A DNA stretch of 64,000 nt from a virus (taxonomy: Duplodnaviria > Caudoviricetes): the IMG/VR virus record IMGVR_UViG_3300031993_000006, positions 128,001-192,000 of that record; one strand, given 5' to 3'. Positions 19,513 to 28,600 of the stretch are shown here, in pieces. A program made the position numbers and the translations under genes. The first letter of the stretch is position 1, and each line of letters begins with the position of its first letter. Below the pieces are notes generated by a model. It was not told the DNA's origin. It made no database searches and saw only the letters and a program-made list of their open reading frames with translations.

Positions 19513-19683
19513 GGTTGAACTTGAGGTCGTGCATACGCTGGAAGCTAGCGTGTAGGTCGCCCGCTAGGTCGCCGGCCGGTTTCACCGCCTGGAACCACAT
19601 CAGGGTCTGGTTCTTGGGACGGGCTTCCTGTTCTACGGTAGCGTCATTGTAGGTAGGGTCGATGTCGAGCTTGCGGGAGTTTA

Positions 19684-20349
19684 TCAAAGTTCCAACAATC
19701 TGTCGAGTTCTTCCTTGGTCGCTCGCTTGGCTCTGGTGATTGCCGGACGGGTAAGCATCTCTTGTCCCGGTACGGCAAGCGGGTCGGGGTCCTTCTTTTT
19801 GGCTAGATGGGGGAAGTTGGCATCTTTGAATATGTCAATCGGGGTTTTCGGGTCGTCCACATCGGAAAGGTCAGGTTCATCCGGTTGTTCTTGCTTTTCC
19901 TCTTCAGCATGGCGTTTAGCTTCGGCAGCCGCCTGCTCCTGTTCTTTTTTCCAACGGTCGTGGTGCTCACAGTTGACTGATGAGTTCGAAATGTGGTCCA
20001 TTTCGGATGTGTCGTCGAGGTTGCTGAAATTCCATTTGAACCTGATGTCGGCAGCCGTCAGCTTATATTTATGGATTAGGCCGGGAGAAACCTGCCGACG
20101 AAGGAATTCGGTCAGTCGAGGGGATATCGGGCGTGGGTTTTTGGGTGGCTGGATTTTCAGGACTGCGAGATAGAATTCGTCGCATATGTCCTCGTCACCG
20201 CCTAGTTCTCGCAATATTTCTCGGGCGATGCCCGTTATTTGCATTTCGCCCATTGCGGTTGCCGGGATACGATGTTTTTTCGCGTTGATTTTCAGAAGGG
20301 TGCTTATGAACGCCTGATTGTTGATTATGAGTCTATCGATATCTGCCAT
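19684..20349 (-). CDS. hypothetical protein
   Basis: 221 aa; promoter motif at 20355-20367, 5 nt before the ATG. Confidence 0.75.
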   Translation of the reverse strand: MADIDRLIINNQAFISTLLKINAKKHRIPATAMGEMQITGIAREILRELGGDEDICDEFYLAVLKIQPPKNPRPISPRLTEFLRRQVSPGLIHKYKLTAADIRFKWNFSNLDDTSEMDHISNSSVNCEHHDRWKKEQEQAAAEAKRHAEEEKQEQPDEPDLSDVDDPKTPIDIFKDANFPHLAKKKDPDPLAVPGQEMLTRPAITRAKRATKEELDRLLEL

Positions 20350-20402
20350 AATCTCAAATATAGCAAAGAAATACCATAAACTATGAATACCGAGGTGTTC
20401 AA

Positions 20403-21164
20403 ATGAATGTGCATTTTATAACTACTGATGATATGGCCCGCTACATCATATCCCGCATGGGTGGGCAGGTCAATGAGATTGAGATGGTCGTCGAGGAGCA
20501 TCACGGTCTTGGCCATGTGTATATGGCTATCAATGATACTGCCGACTACTTCTACCGCTACTGCTTCGACGAGGCGGCTTATGTGGACTATATGCTCATC
20601 CGGTTGCAGCCGGGTGTCATCGAGTACCATGTCCCTGACGAGGTGATGAATGTGGTCGAGCTTATGCCTAGTTACGGCAATACCTTTAGCCCGATGATGG
20701 CTTGGGATGTCGGGCCGGGTGAATCGCTAATTGGTGTCGGTGGTGCCGGTATGGGCGGCCTTGGACAGTTTGACCTAGTGACTATGGCCGGCGCAATGCG
20801 GTATCTTGCAGATGTCCAGAAGTTCGCTGGTACCCAGTATAACATCAAGCTGCACCCGGTCGACCATATCTTGCGCGTATTCCCGACCCCGAAGACCTGT
20901 CGTAATGCGCTTGCTTGCGTATATACGAAGGCAAAAAAATCTGAACTTTACAATAATGTCATTTTCCGCGATATGGCGGTGGCCCGTGCGCAGATTCAGC
21001 TTGGCGATATCCTGAAGAGGGACGACTACGCAATTCCGGGTGGCGGCAAGATTAACGGTTCGCTGATTTATACCGATGCGATGACCCGGTGGAAGGACCT
21101 ATTCGACCTGATGAAGCAGGAAGCTCCGGGTCCGCTGATGATGACTGACTTGAGCGGTCTCTAA
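20403..21164 (+). CDS. neck protein (T4 gp13-like)
   Basis: YIISRMGGQVNEIEM N-terminus and LGDILKR...IPGGGKINGSLIY C-terminal motif; late promoter at 20376-20382. Confidence 0.85.
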   Translation: MNVHFITTDDMARYIISRMGGQVNEIEMVVEEHHGLGHVYMAINDTADYFYRYCFDEAAYVDYMLIRLQPGVIEYHVPDEVMNVVELMPSYGNTFSPMMAWDVGPGESLIGVGGAGMGGLGQFDLVTMAGAMRYLADVQKFAGTQYNIKLHPVDHILRVFPTPKTCRNALACVYTKAKKSELYNNVIFRDMAVARAQIQLGDILKRDDYAIPGGGKINGSLIYTDAMTRWKDLFDLMKQEAPGPLMMTDLSGL

Positions 21165-21225
21165 AATACAAGAGCCTCGGGAAATCCCGGGGCTCCTGGC
21201 GTTTAATGTGCTCATTTGGAGCAGT

Positions 21226-21909
21226 CTATTTGAATTTCAGTGATTCCGCACACTGGGTAACTGCATTGACGCTTGCTTTGCTGTAGCGGATGGCTTGCAT
21301 GGCACAGCCAACTTCGCGCAACTTCTTACGGATACCTACATATACGAGGAAGGTCGCCTTGGCGTCGGATAGTGCGGTATGGGCCTTGTCGTTGGTTACG
21401 CCGAGGATTTCACACACTGTGTTTAACCTGCGGTCCGGCCAATTATCGGGCTCAAGTCCACTAGCCTCATAAAGCAGGTCGAGTAGTTGAATGGTGTCAT
21501 CAACTCTGAAGCTATCCAGTTGGTGACGGTAGAAGTCCTTCATGTATATTTGAATGAACTTCTTGTCAAATTTGAAGTTGTGAGCGATGAGTGTAGTCCA
21601 GAACCCTTTGTTGGCGTGTTCTGCGAGCATAGCGGTCATTTTTTCTTCGACTTCTGATACAAGGAGTCCAGTTGTTTCTAGTTCTTCTAGATTGAGGTGG
21701 TTAATATCTTCGACTGCATGTTTGTCGATTGTTTTGTCGGCGAATTGGCTCGGCTTGAAGTTCCATTCCCCTTCAGCCAGAGTTTCGTACTGCAGTGTTT
21801 CGGCGTCAAGTTCATAAATACCCATGCCGATTTGGAGGATGGGATTTTTACTAGCGTAAAGACCTGCAGTTTCGGTATCTATTGAGATGATGATTCGTTT
21901 GTCGTTCAT
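21226..21909 (-). CDS. DEDDh 3'-5' exonuclease (DnaQ-like)
   Basis: IDTETAG, AHNFKFD and HTALSDA motifs. Confidence 0.9.
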   Translation of the reverse strand: MNDKRIIISIDTETAGLYASKNPILQIGMGIYELDAETLQYETLAEGEWNFKPSQFADKTIDKHAVEDINHLNLEELETTGLLVSEVEEKMTAMLAEHANKGFWTTLIAHNFKFDKKFIQIYMKDFYRHQLDSFRVDDTIQLLDLLYEASGLEPDNWPDRRLNTVCEILGVTNDKAHTALSDAKATFLVYVGIRKKLREVGCAMQAIRYSKASVNAVTQCAESLKFK

Positions 21910-21927
21910 ACGACAAATATAGCAAAA

Positions 21928-22944
21928 TTACCACTTGCCGATGAGGTCGCCGCACGGGAAGTATCCCGGGTCGTTCGTGACATCCTTGACACACTGGTCG
22001 ACTTCAGCCGGTGTAAACAGGACATCCTGCTTGAGTTGCAGCAGGGTTTCTTTGTCGAGTGCGAGCGGGTTCCCCGTGCTGGTCGGGTTAGTAGCGACGG
22101 CGGAACCGTCTGTAGCGTTCCCGAGGGATGTCGAACCGAACAGGTTGTCGATGAAGTGCTGCTGGAGCGGGTTGTCCTTGACTTCCTGCGCGACATTCTG
22201 CCCGTCGTCTGTTGCGGTGTCGATGTATGCCTTCCACCAGTACTTGTGCCACATGTACTCGTACTCCGGCCAGTTGTCGGTTATCGAGTTTACCGAGAAG
22301 AGAATATTGTTGTACTCCGGCTTGAGAAGGTCGCCTGCCTTGGGGAATATCTGCTGTGCGGTATACCCGTGGTATACGAATGTGTCGTAGCCGCGCTGCC
22401 AATATTCATCGTTGTGAAGCCCGACATCGCAAAGGGGCTTGATTCCGGCATCCATAAGGCTACGGTAGTTGCGCTCGAGGAACAGGCCCATGTGGATGGC
22501 GACTTCTGTCTTGTCGGTGAACTGTATGCCGAAGCGCTTGTAGAATTCGTTCTGAGGGTTGAAGGTAATTTGGAGCGGCATCTCGAACACACGGTCAATC
22601 GTACGGGAGTTGTCTTCCTTGGTAAGCGGGTTGGCCGAGGTGTCGAATGTCGTGGTGTAGTACAGGAAGGATGTGCCGTGGTTCTCCATGAAGTCACGGG
22701 TGAGGTCCTTGTACTTCTGCTGTGCGTGGAAAGCGTTCTGCCTGCGGTAGAAGCTGCCGTAACCGTGCCGGGTGTGTGACTCGAAGTCTGGCTTGGAATA
22801 ATGTGAGCGCGGACTGCGCTGGACGAACCCGGCAGACTTGTCTTCCCAGAAGGGCTTCGATACATTGGCCTGTACACTGAACTCCGGCACTAGGACATGA
22901 CGGGCGCGCACATAGCCTTCAATGATAAGCGGTATACTTGGCAA
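21928..22944 (-). CDS. neck/head-completion protein (T4 gp14-like)
   Basis: NPLTKEDNSR, FYKRFGIQFTD and PKAGDLL motifs; TTG start with GAGG; late promoter at 22963-22970. Confidence 0.7.
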   Translation of the reverse strand: MPSIPLIIEGYVRARHVLVPEFSVQANVSKPFWEDKSAGFVQRSPRSHYSKPDFESHTRHGYGSFYRRQNAFHAQQKYKDLTRDFMENHGTSFLYYTTTFDTSANPLTKEDNSRTIDRVFEMPLQITFNPQNEFYKRFGIQFTDKTEVAIHMGLFLERNYRSLMDAGIKPLCDVGLHNDEYWQRGYDTFVYHGYTAQQIFPKAGDLLKPEYNNILFSVNSITDNWPEYEYMWHKYWWKAYIDTATDDGQNVAQEVKDNPLQQHFIDNLFGSTSLGNATDGSAVATNPTSTGNPLALDKETLLQLKQDVLFTPAEVDQCVKDVTNDPGYFPCGDLIGKW

Positions 22945-22962
22945 CTTGTTACCTCGGGATAC

Positions 22963-23000
22963 AGTTTATATCCTGTGGGGGTTCCCGGGGTATATAAACT
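22963..23000. promoter_or_regulatory. back-to-back pair of late promoters
   Basis: AGTTTATA at 22963-22970 (minus strand) and TATAAACT at 22993-23000 (plus strand). Confidence 0.75.
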
Positions 23001-23026
23001 ACCGATAATTGAAGAGGAATGGGAAA

Positions 23027-25681
23027 ATGGCTTCAACATCAGTCGCAAGAAAGTATACGAACATATCGTTTGATGACATAAGGGCTCATCTCGTCGAAAT
23101 TGTGAAGGCCAAGGAAGGCGCCCTTGCCGATATGGGGGACAGCTCGTTTGGCAAGACAATGATTGAGCTTTTCTCCGGTTTTGGCGACCTTGCGGCTAAC
23201 TGGACAGAGGCTGCCTTTGGTAATATATTCCTTGAGACGGCGACAGCCAAGCCGGCCGCTTATTCGGGTGCTCGCTCGATTGGTTACAGTGTCCGCCGCC
23301 CGGTGCCGGCAAAGTGCTCAATCGGCATCCAGGTGACATCAATCAGGGAACACGGGACACTCAAGGTATTTATCCCGAAGGGTACCGTCTTTACGATGTC
23401 CGGTGCGACGCTCACTTCGATGGACGATATGGAGTTCATATACGACTATGATTCCGATGCCGACCAGACGGGTCTTATGGAACTTTCCCGTGGCCTCAAT
23501 GTGCTTGCCGAAGGTCAGTTCCGTACTGAAGTTCTCATTTCGAATGGCCGACAGAATCAGGAATTCCACATCAATGATGCCTCTTTCTCTGATTATTTTG
23601 GTGACAGCGACCCGAACTTCTCCGATGATGGCAATATGGCTCACCGTCCGGCCTGCTTCACGCGGGTTACCTCCGATGCGACCCTGATGGACAACATCGA
23701 CCCGGATATCGTTATCGACGACAAGTTGTACTGGCGCATTTCCCGTCGCGGATTGGAGGACCCTGCTCTTGACACGAAGTCGACTACTGGGCTTGAGTTC
23801 TCTACCGAGCAGGGTAACTACAGTACGAACTATACGGCTCTCATCGAGACCGCGAATGACGGTTCTGTTGCGATTAGGTTCGGCGATGGTCTTAAGGCAG
23901 CCATTCCGTTTGGCAATATCGAGGTCACCTACTTCTCTACTAACGGTGAATCGGGTAATATGCTTGGTGTGTTCGGTACGGCGCTCTCGACGACTGGCGG
24001 GAACATTACCATTACCACAAAGGATGGGCAGGAGACCGATGTCACCCTGAACGACCTCAATATCTGCTTGGTGACCGACATTAGGGGCGGTCTGGATATA
24101 GAATCGATAGAGTCTATCCGTAACAATGCGTCTGTTATTTTCAATACGCTTGACAGGTTGGTTACTCGTGAGGCATACAAGGTATTCCTCCGGCGCTATG
24201 CCGATGTGAAGTATGCGTCTGCCTATGGCGAAGATGTTCTTAACACGAAGCTCCTCAATGGGGGTATCAATGTGAAGTACATGAACCAGGTGCGCTTTAC
24301 GGCGCTAAAGGACCTGTACCGTAAGAAGGATGGCAAGTATTACCCGACGAACGAGGACGAGTATATGTTGGCTGGGTATAAGGTCAACGGGTTGATGTAC
24401 AACTGGCTGTATGATTTCCAGGACCCGAACAAGGAGAGCGTTGTTGAGGATGGTGCTGCAATAATTGACGGCATCCGGGGAGAACTTGATGCTACCGTGG
24501 AGAAAGCTTTGGTAGCTGCCGGAATAGAAACTCCGAGCGATGAACAGATTGCCGCGATTTCGGCTGACTTGATGAAGCTTGTGAACAAGCATGTCCCGAA
24601 AATCAAGTTGGATGATTCAGTATTCTCCGCGTTCCTTACTCCGATGGATTTCGTGGTGGAAGGCTCCGAACTCCACAATATTATGCTGGCACTGAACAGG
24701 CGCGGGATGCTTACGGTCGGCGATGGTTTCCACAACTATGTGTACCCGTCCGTCCACAATATGGAAATCAAGATGGATGTCGTGCTTTACAAGGGTAACA
24801 ACTTTACTGACATCCGCGAGCGCATCAAGAATGTGGTGTACCGGTACCTCAAGGAGAATACCGAGTTCTGCACCCCGATTTTCCGCTCGAAGATTGCATC
24901 CCTTGTCCACAGCATGAAGGAAGTTGCCGGTGTCGATGTGTATTTCCAGCCGGCGGATAGCGCTTTCGCCGAGCTTGACCTTGAGAACTATCCGTGGATG
25001 GGCGATTCGACCTCCACATTCTGCGACCCGGGCACTACGGCGTTTACCGGGATGAGCTTTACCTTGCAGGGAAGCTACCGGGGTGGTCCGCGTGTTTCCG
25101 ATGTATTCACTATGCGTGACCAGGGTAAGATTCAGTCCCAGATTGCCGAATACTACGCCCAATATGTCAAGCCGTATGTCGGTACCCGGACTACAGACGG
25201 GTGCGGCAATGTCAAGGTCGAGAACTCGATTACCGACAAGCTTATTGACCGCTTTGTTGCCTATATTTGGGAGCGCGTGATGCAGGAAATCTATGCTCCT
25301 ATCACGGAAGCGCTCGATAACGAGTACAAGTCTGGGGGTACGGATACATTGCGGTACAAGGCTATTCGAGATTCAATCAAGACTTGGGAAATGGGCAAGG
25401 ATTCACTGAAGTTCAAGAACATTTCCGGGATTACCGATATGGTCGAAATCAACGGGGTGAGGCTGTTCGACTATATGCGCTATGGTATGGACTACATCAA
25501 GCTGGTGCGCCGCGTACTTGGAGCCAAGTCTACCGAAACCCTTATCAATAGCGATACGGGCAATATCACCGAATATTCCAATGACAACGAGATTGTTCAG
25601 TTCACTATCCCGAATGAACTTATCAATCTTACTGTCGCGCAGACATCTTCACTTCTTACGGGAACAGGCAGTAGCGTATAA
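23027..25681 (+). CDS. baseplate wedge protein (T4 gp6 / baseplate J-like)
   Basis: YTNISFDDIR, ARSIGYS, IRFGDG, ESIESIRNNA and RLVTREAY motifs. Confidence 0.88.
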   Translation: MASTSVARKYTNISFDDIRAHLVEIVKAKEGALADMGDSSFGKTMIELFSGFGDLAANWTEAAFGNIFLETATAKPAAYSGARSIGYSVRRPVPAKCSIGIQVTSIREHGTLKVFIPKGTVFTMSGATLTSMDDMEFIYDYDSDADQTGLMELSRGLNVLAEGQFRTEVLISNGRQNQEFHINDASFSDYFGDSDPNFSDDGNMAHRPACFTRVTSDATLMDNIDPDIVIDDKLYWRISRRGLEDPALDTKSTTGLEFSTEQGNYSTNYTALIETANDGSVAIRFGDGLKAAIPFGNIEVTYFSTNGESGNMLGVFGTALSTTGGNITITTKDGQETDVTLNDLNICLVTDIRGGLDIESIESIRNNASVIFNTLDRLVTREAYKVFLRRYADVKYASAYGEDVLNTKLLNGGINVKYMNQVRFTALKDLYRKKDGKYYPTNEDEYMLAGYKVNGLMYNWLYDFQDPNKESVVEDGAAIIDGIRGELDATVEKALVAAGIETPSDEQIAAISADLMKLVNKHVPKIKLDDSVFSAFLTPMDFVVEGSELHNIMLALNRRGMLTVGDGFHNYVYPSVHNMEIKMDVVLYKGNNFTDIRERIKNVVYRYLKENTEFCTPIFRSKIASLVHSMKEVAGVDVYFQPADSAFAELDLENYPWMGDSTSTFCDPGTTAFTGMSFTLQGSYRGGPRVSDVFTMRDQGKIQSQIAEYYAQYVKPYVGTRTTDGCGNVKVENSITDKLIDRFVAYIWERVMQEIYAPITEALDNEYKSGGTDTLRYKAIRDSIKTWEMGKDSLKFKNISGITDMVEINGVRLFDYMRYGMDYIKLVRRVLGAKSTETLINSDTGNITEYSNDNEIVQFTIPNELINLTVAQTSSLLTGTGSSV

Positions 25682-28600
25682 TGAATCCGATTCCACTTAA
25701 TGACCGGGGCCAGTTCAGGTACCTTGACTTTGTTGCTTATCTTCCGGAATTTCTCCGTGAGGAGCCCGATGTGGTCGAGCTTGTTCAGGTAATGAGCGAC
25801 TATATCAATGACGGCTACCGAAACATCGAGGATGTCGAGGAGTTTGAGTTCAAGCTGTGTGTAGCCGAGCCGAAAGTCGAACGGGCGAAGGAAGCGCTCG
25901 CTAAGCTGCGCTCTATGTTCGACCTCGCGTCGGGTCGAAGCGACCGGGTATACTACCTATCGGTCCCCCGAGCAAATGTGAAATCCAACGAGGTGTTCGG
26001 GAAGAAGACCGGCTATACCCCGTATTATGTGGATGTTCCGCTGAGGGAAGTTGTTGACGAAATTACTGGTATACAGACTATCGATTCTAAGCTGGTCGAT
26101 ATGGAAGATGGAGATGTGGTATTCGTCAGGTATACCGCAGTTGAACCGCCTGTAACCAAGGCGTACTATCTTTCCAAGGATACAAATACTCATACAAATA
26201 CTCTCTTGGCCGACCCGGAAGGTACTAGTCAGGACCCGTTTACGGACACGAACAATACGGGTTCCCGGATGATATCGTTCAATGTCAGCGATATATCCAG
26301 CATCGGTACCAGGTATGGCGGCCTCCGGAACGGAAATACATACTTCGAGGTATTCTTCAATGCCCGGGTCAGCGATGTCAAGAGTGAGCCCGCCCGTATG
26401 CAGGTATCCTTCGATGCTGACCGTATCGATGAATCCAAGGATGATATCGTGGTCGACTACTACGGGATGAGCTATGTCGGCAATGATAAGTACTACACTA
26501 CCTTTACATTTCACGATACCAATGGGTGGGCTTGGAAGTCGGGTATTCCGGCTGGTATGTTCTATCTGAAGGATAGCAGTGGAGCAAAGCTTTCTGCTGT
26601 CGGTGAGGCGCTCAAGACGAATGAGGAGATGGCGGAGGACCCGTCGCTGTCGTATTCGTCCGAGAGGTATGCCCTTTCTAAGGATGCTACATACGATATC
26701 TATGGCGGTACTTGGACATTTGTTACCGAGACTGCGATTCCACAGGTTGATGACGGAAGGTTCTATGCGGTAAATACCCGTACTGGAAAGTGCGTCGGTG
26801 AGTTCATTTGCAGTTCGTCTAAGTCTGCCGATGGCGAGTTTGCGACATCAATGAATGCCGTATGGGTGGATGGGTATACTTCTACTATCCCGAAGGACGA
26901 AGTTATCCTTATCCAGTTCCCCCTGTTTTATAGCAAGGGTGTTCCGAATTACCGCAGCGCTGTTCCGATTGCGAACTGGGAAGTGCAAGCGTCTATTGGT
27001 GCCGTCAAGGTGGATAGCGCAGTCATTTACCGTGCGAAGAATGTCGGAACGGTTCCGGTGGACTATGGGACTTTTGAATATGATGCGCTCGATGTGAACG
27101 ACCCGATGCACTCGGTTTACATTCCGCGTGAGGTATTCTCTAAATTGTCAGCTGATATTGCTATCGGACTTCCGTTGTTCTGTGAAAATGTTCTATGGAG
27201 AGGTATTGCCACTGTAGCAAAGTGGAAGAAGGATTCTCGTGGTGGCGCTGTCGTCACGATGGCGGTTACTCTGGATACTTCTAGGGTAGGCAATACGGTT
27301 CATCTTCATAGCGGGATGCTGGGTATGATTTCAGTTACCGGCGAAACTGAGGGGACTGTCGATAACTTGTTTACAACTCCCGACCTTCTTAATGTAGCTA
27401 TTGGTTCAGGTTCTTTGTCTGGTGCGAAAGGATATGTCGTATGCCTCCTCAATGGTATCCCACACTATCCACGCTATCTCATTATCCGTGAAGTCGACCA
27501 GACTACCGGCAAGGTAACCTTTGATAGTCCGAATATCGAACCTGGGTACTATGCGTTCTATGTAATGCAGCTTGACAAGGAAACCGGCTATGTGAAGGAA
27601 TTTGGGTCGGTTAACCGTATTGGCGATAATAAGTGGAGTGGTTCCTGCAAGAGATATCGCGGCGATGTGTACACCGGCGGGCCGGCATATATGTATGACG
27701 GACAGGGGAACTGCGCTTTCATTGAAATGGGAAGCGAGGAGAATCCGGTCAGCCTGTTTACCGAGGAAACTTGGTACGAGAAGGGTGATATCGTGTATAA
27801 TCCGGGAGACGGCAAACTCTATCGCTGCCTCGTGAAAATCTATGCCGATGTCGGTGATACGCCGGACGGGATGCACGAGTTCCGCATAGAGCGGCTGGCC
27901 AATACTCATATAGAGTATTCCGAGGTATACAACAAGTTCGTACCGTACTATGGGCCGGTGAAGAGTATGGAATTTGGCGGCAAGGTGGACTACACCGGCG
28001 ATATGGATATCGCTACTCTTCCGCTTTATATTACGAAGGTGGTCGAAAACCGCTTGAAGTATGGTTGGGAGCACCGTGATTTCCTCAATTACGGCACGAT
28101 GATGAATATGAATGGCCGTGACCGTAACGGTTCGGTCGATATATTCAGTTCCGCAAGGTCAACCGGTGGCCGTGAGTTTGAGACCGCGAAGGATGCCGTG
28201 ACGGCCACTCTCAAGAGCAAGGCTAGGTGGAACATTACCTATCCTGTTGTGAAGCAGGGGGTTGCTACTGACCTGAAGGTGGATATCGATAATCAGGTAT
28301 ATGTCACGGCTGAATATGTGGAAGGCGCATGGGTTGTCTCGGTGGCATCGGCTGCCCACGGATTGGTCGAAGGTGCTCTTATCAGGGTTACTGGGTTTGC
28401 CGAGACATCGGGCCTGAATATCAATGGGTATTACCCGGTCCATGTTGTGGATGGGGATAATATCAGCTTCTCGATAACTGACTCCAGGATGATGAGTACC
28501 CGCCGCGTGATTAACTTTGAGGTAAGCGAGAATACCAGCATTGACTATATCGGCGAATATTGGGCTGACTTGGTTACTGTTGAGAAGGTTGCCGGTGAAT

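Larger units (their letters stand above)
17424..19687 (-). pseudogene. 91-aa hypothetical gene split by the TnpB element (5' part 19687-19513, 3' part 17524-17424)
   Basis: Removing 17529-19512 plus one GGTT copy gives an open frame ...MHDLKFN-P-MKQYQENW...CYDRW*; the TTG start overlaps the upstream gene's TGA. Confidence 0.75.

Noticed and set aside
17400-19700. Mini CRISPR-Cas12f locus
   Set aside because: No repeat-spacer array seen next to this gene or elsewhere in the window; the flanks are element ends and a split gene.
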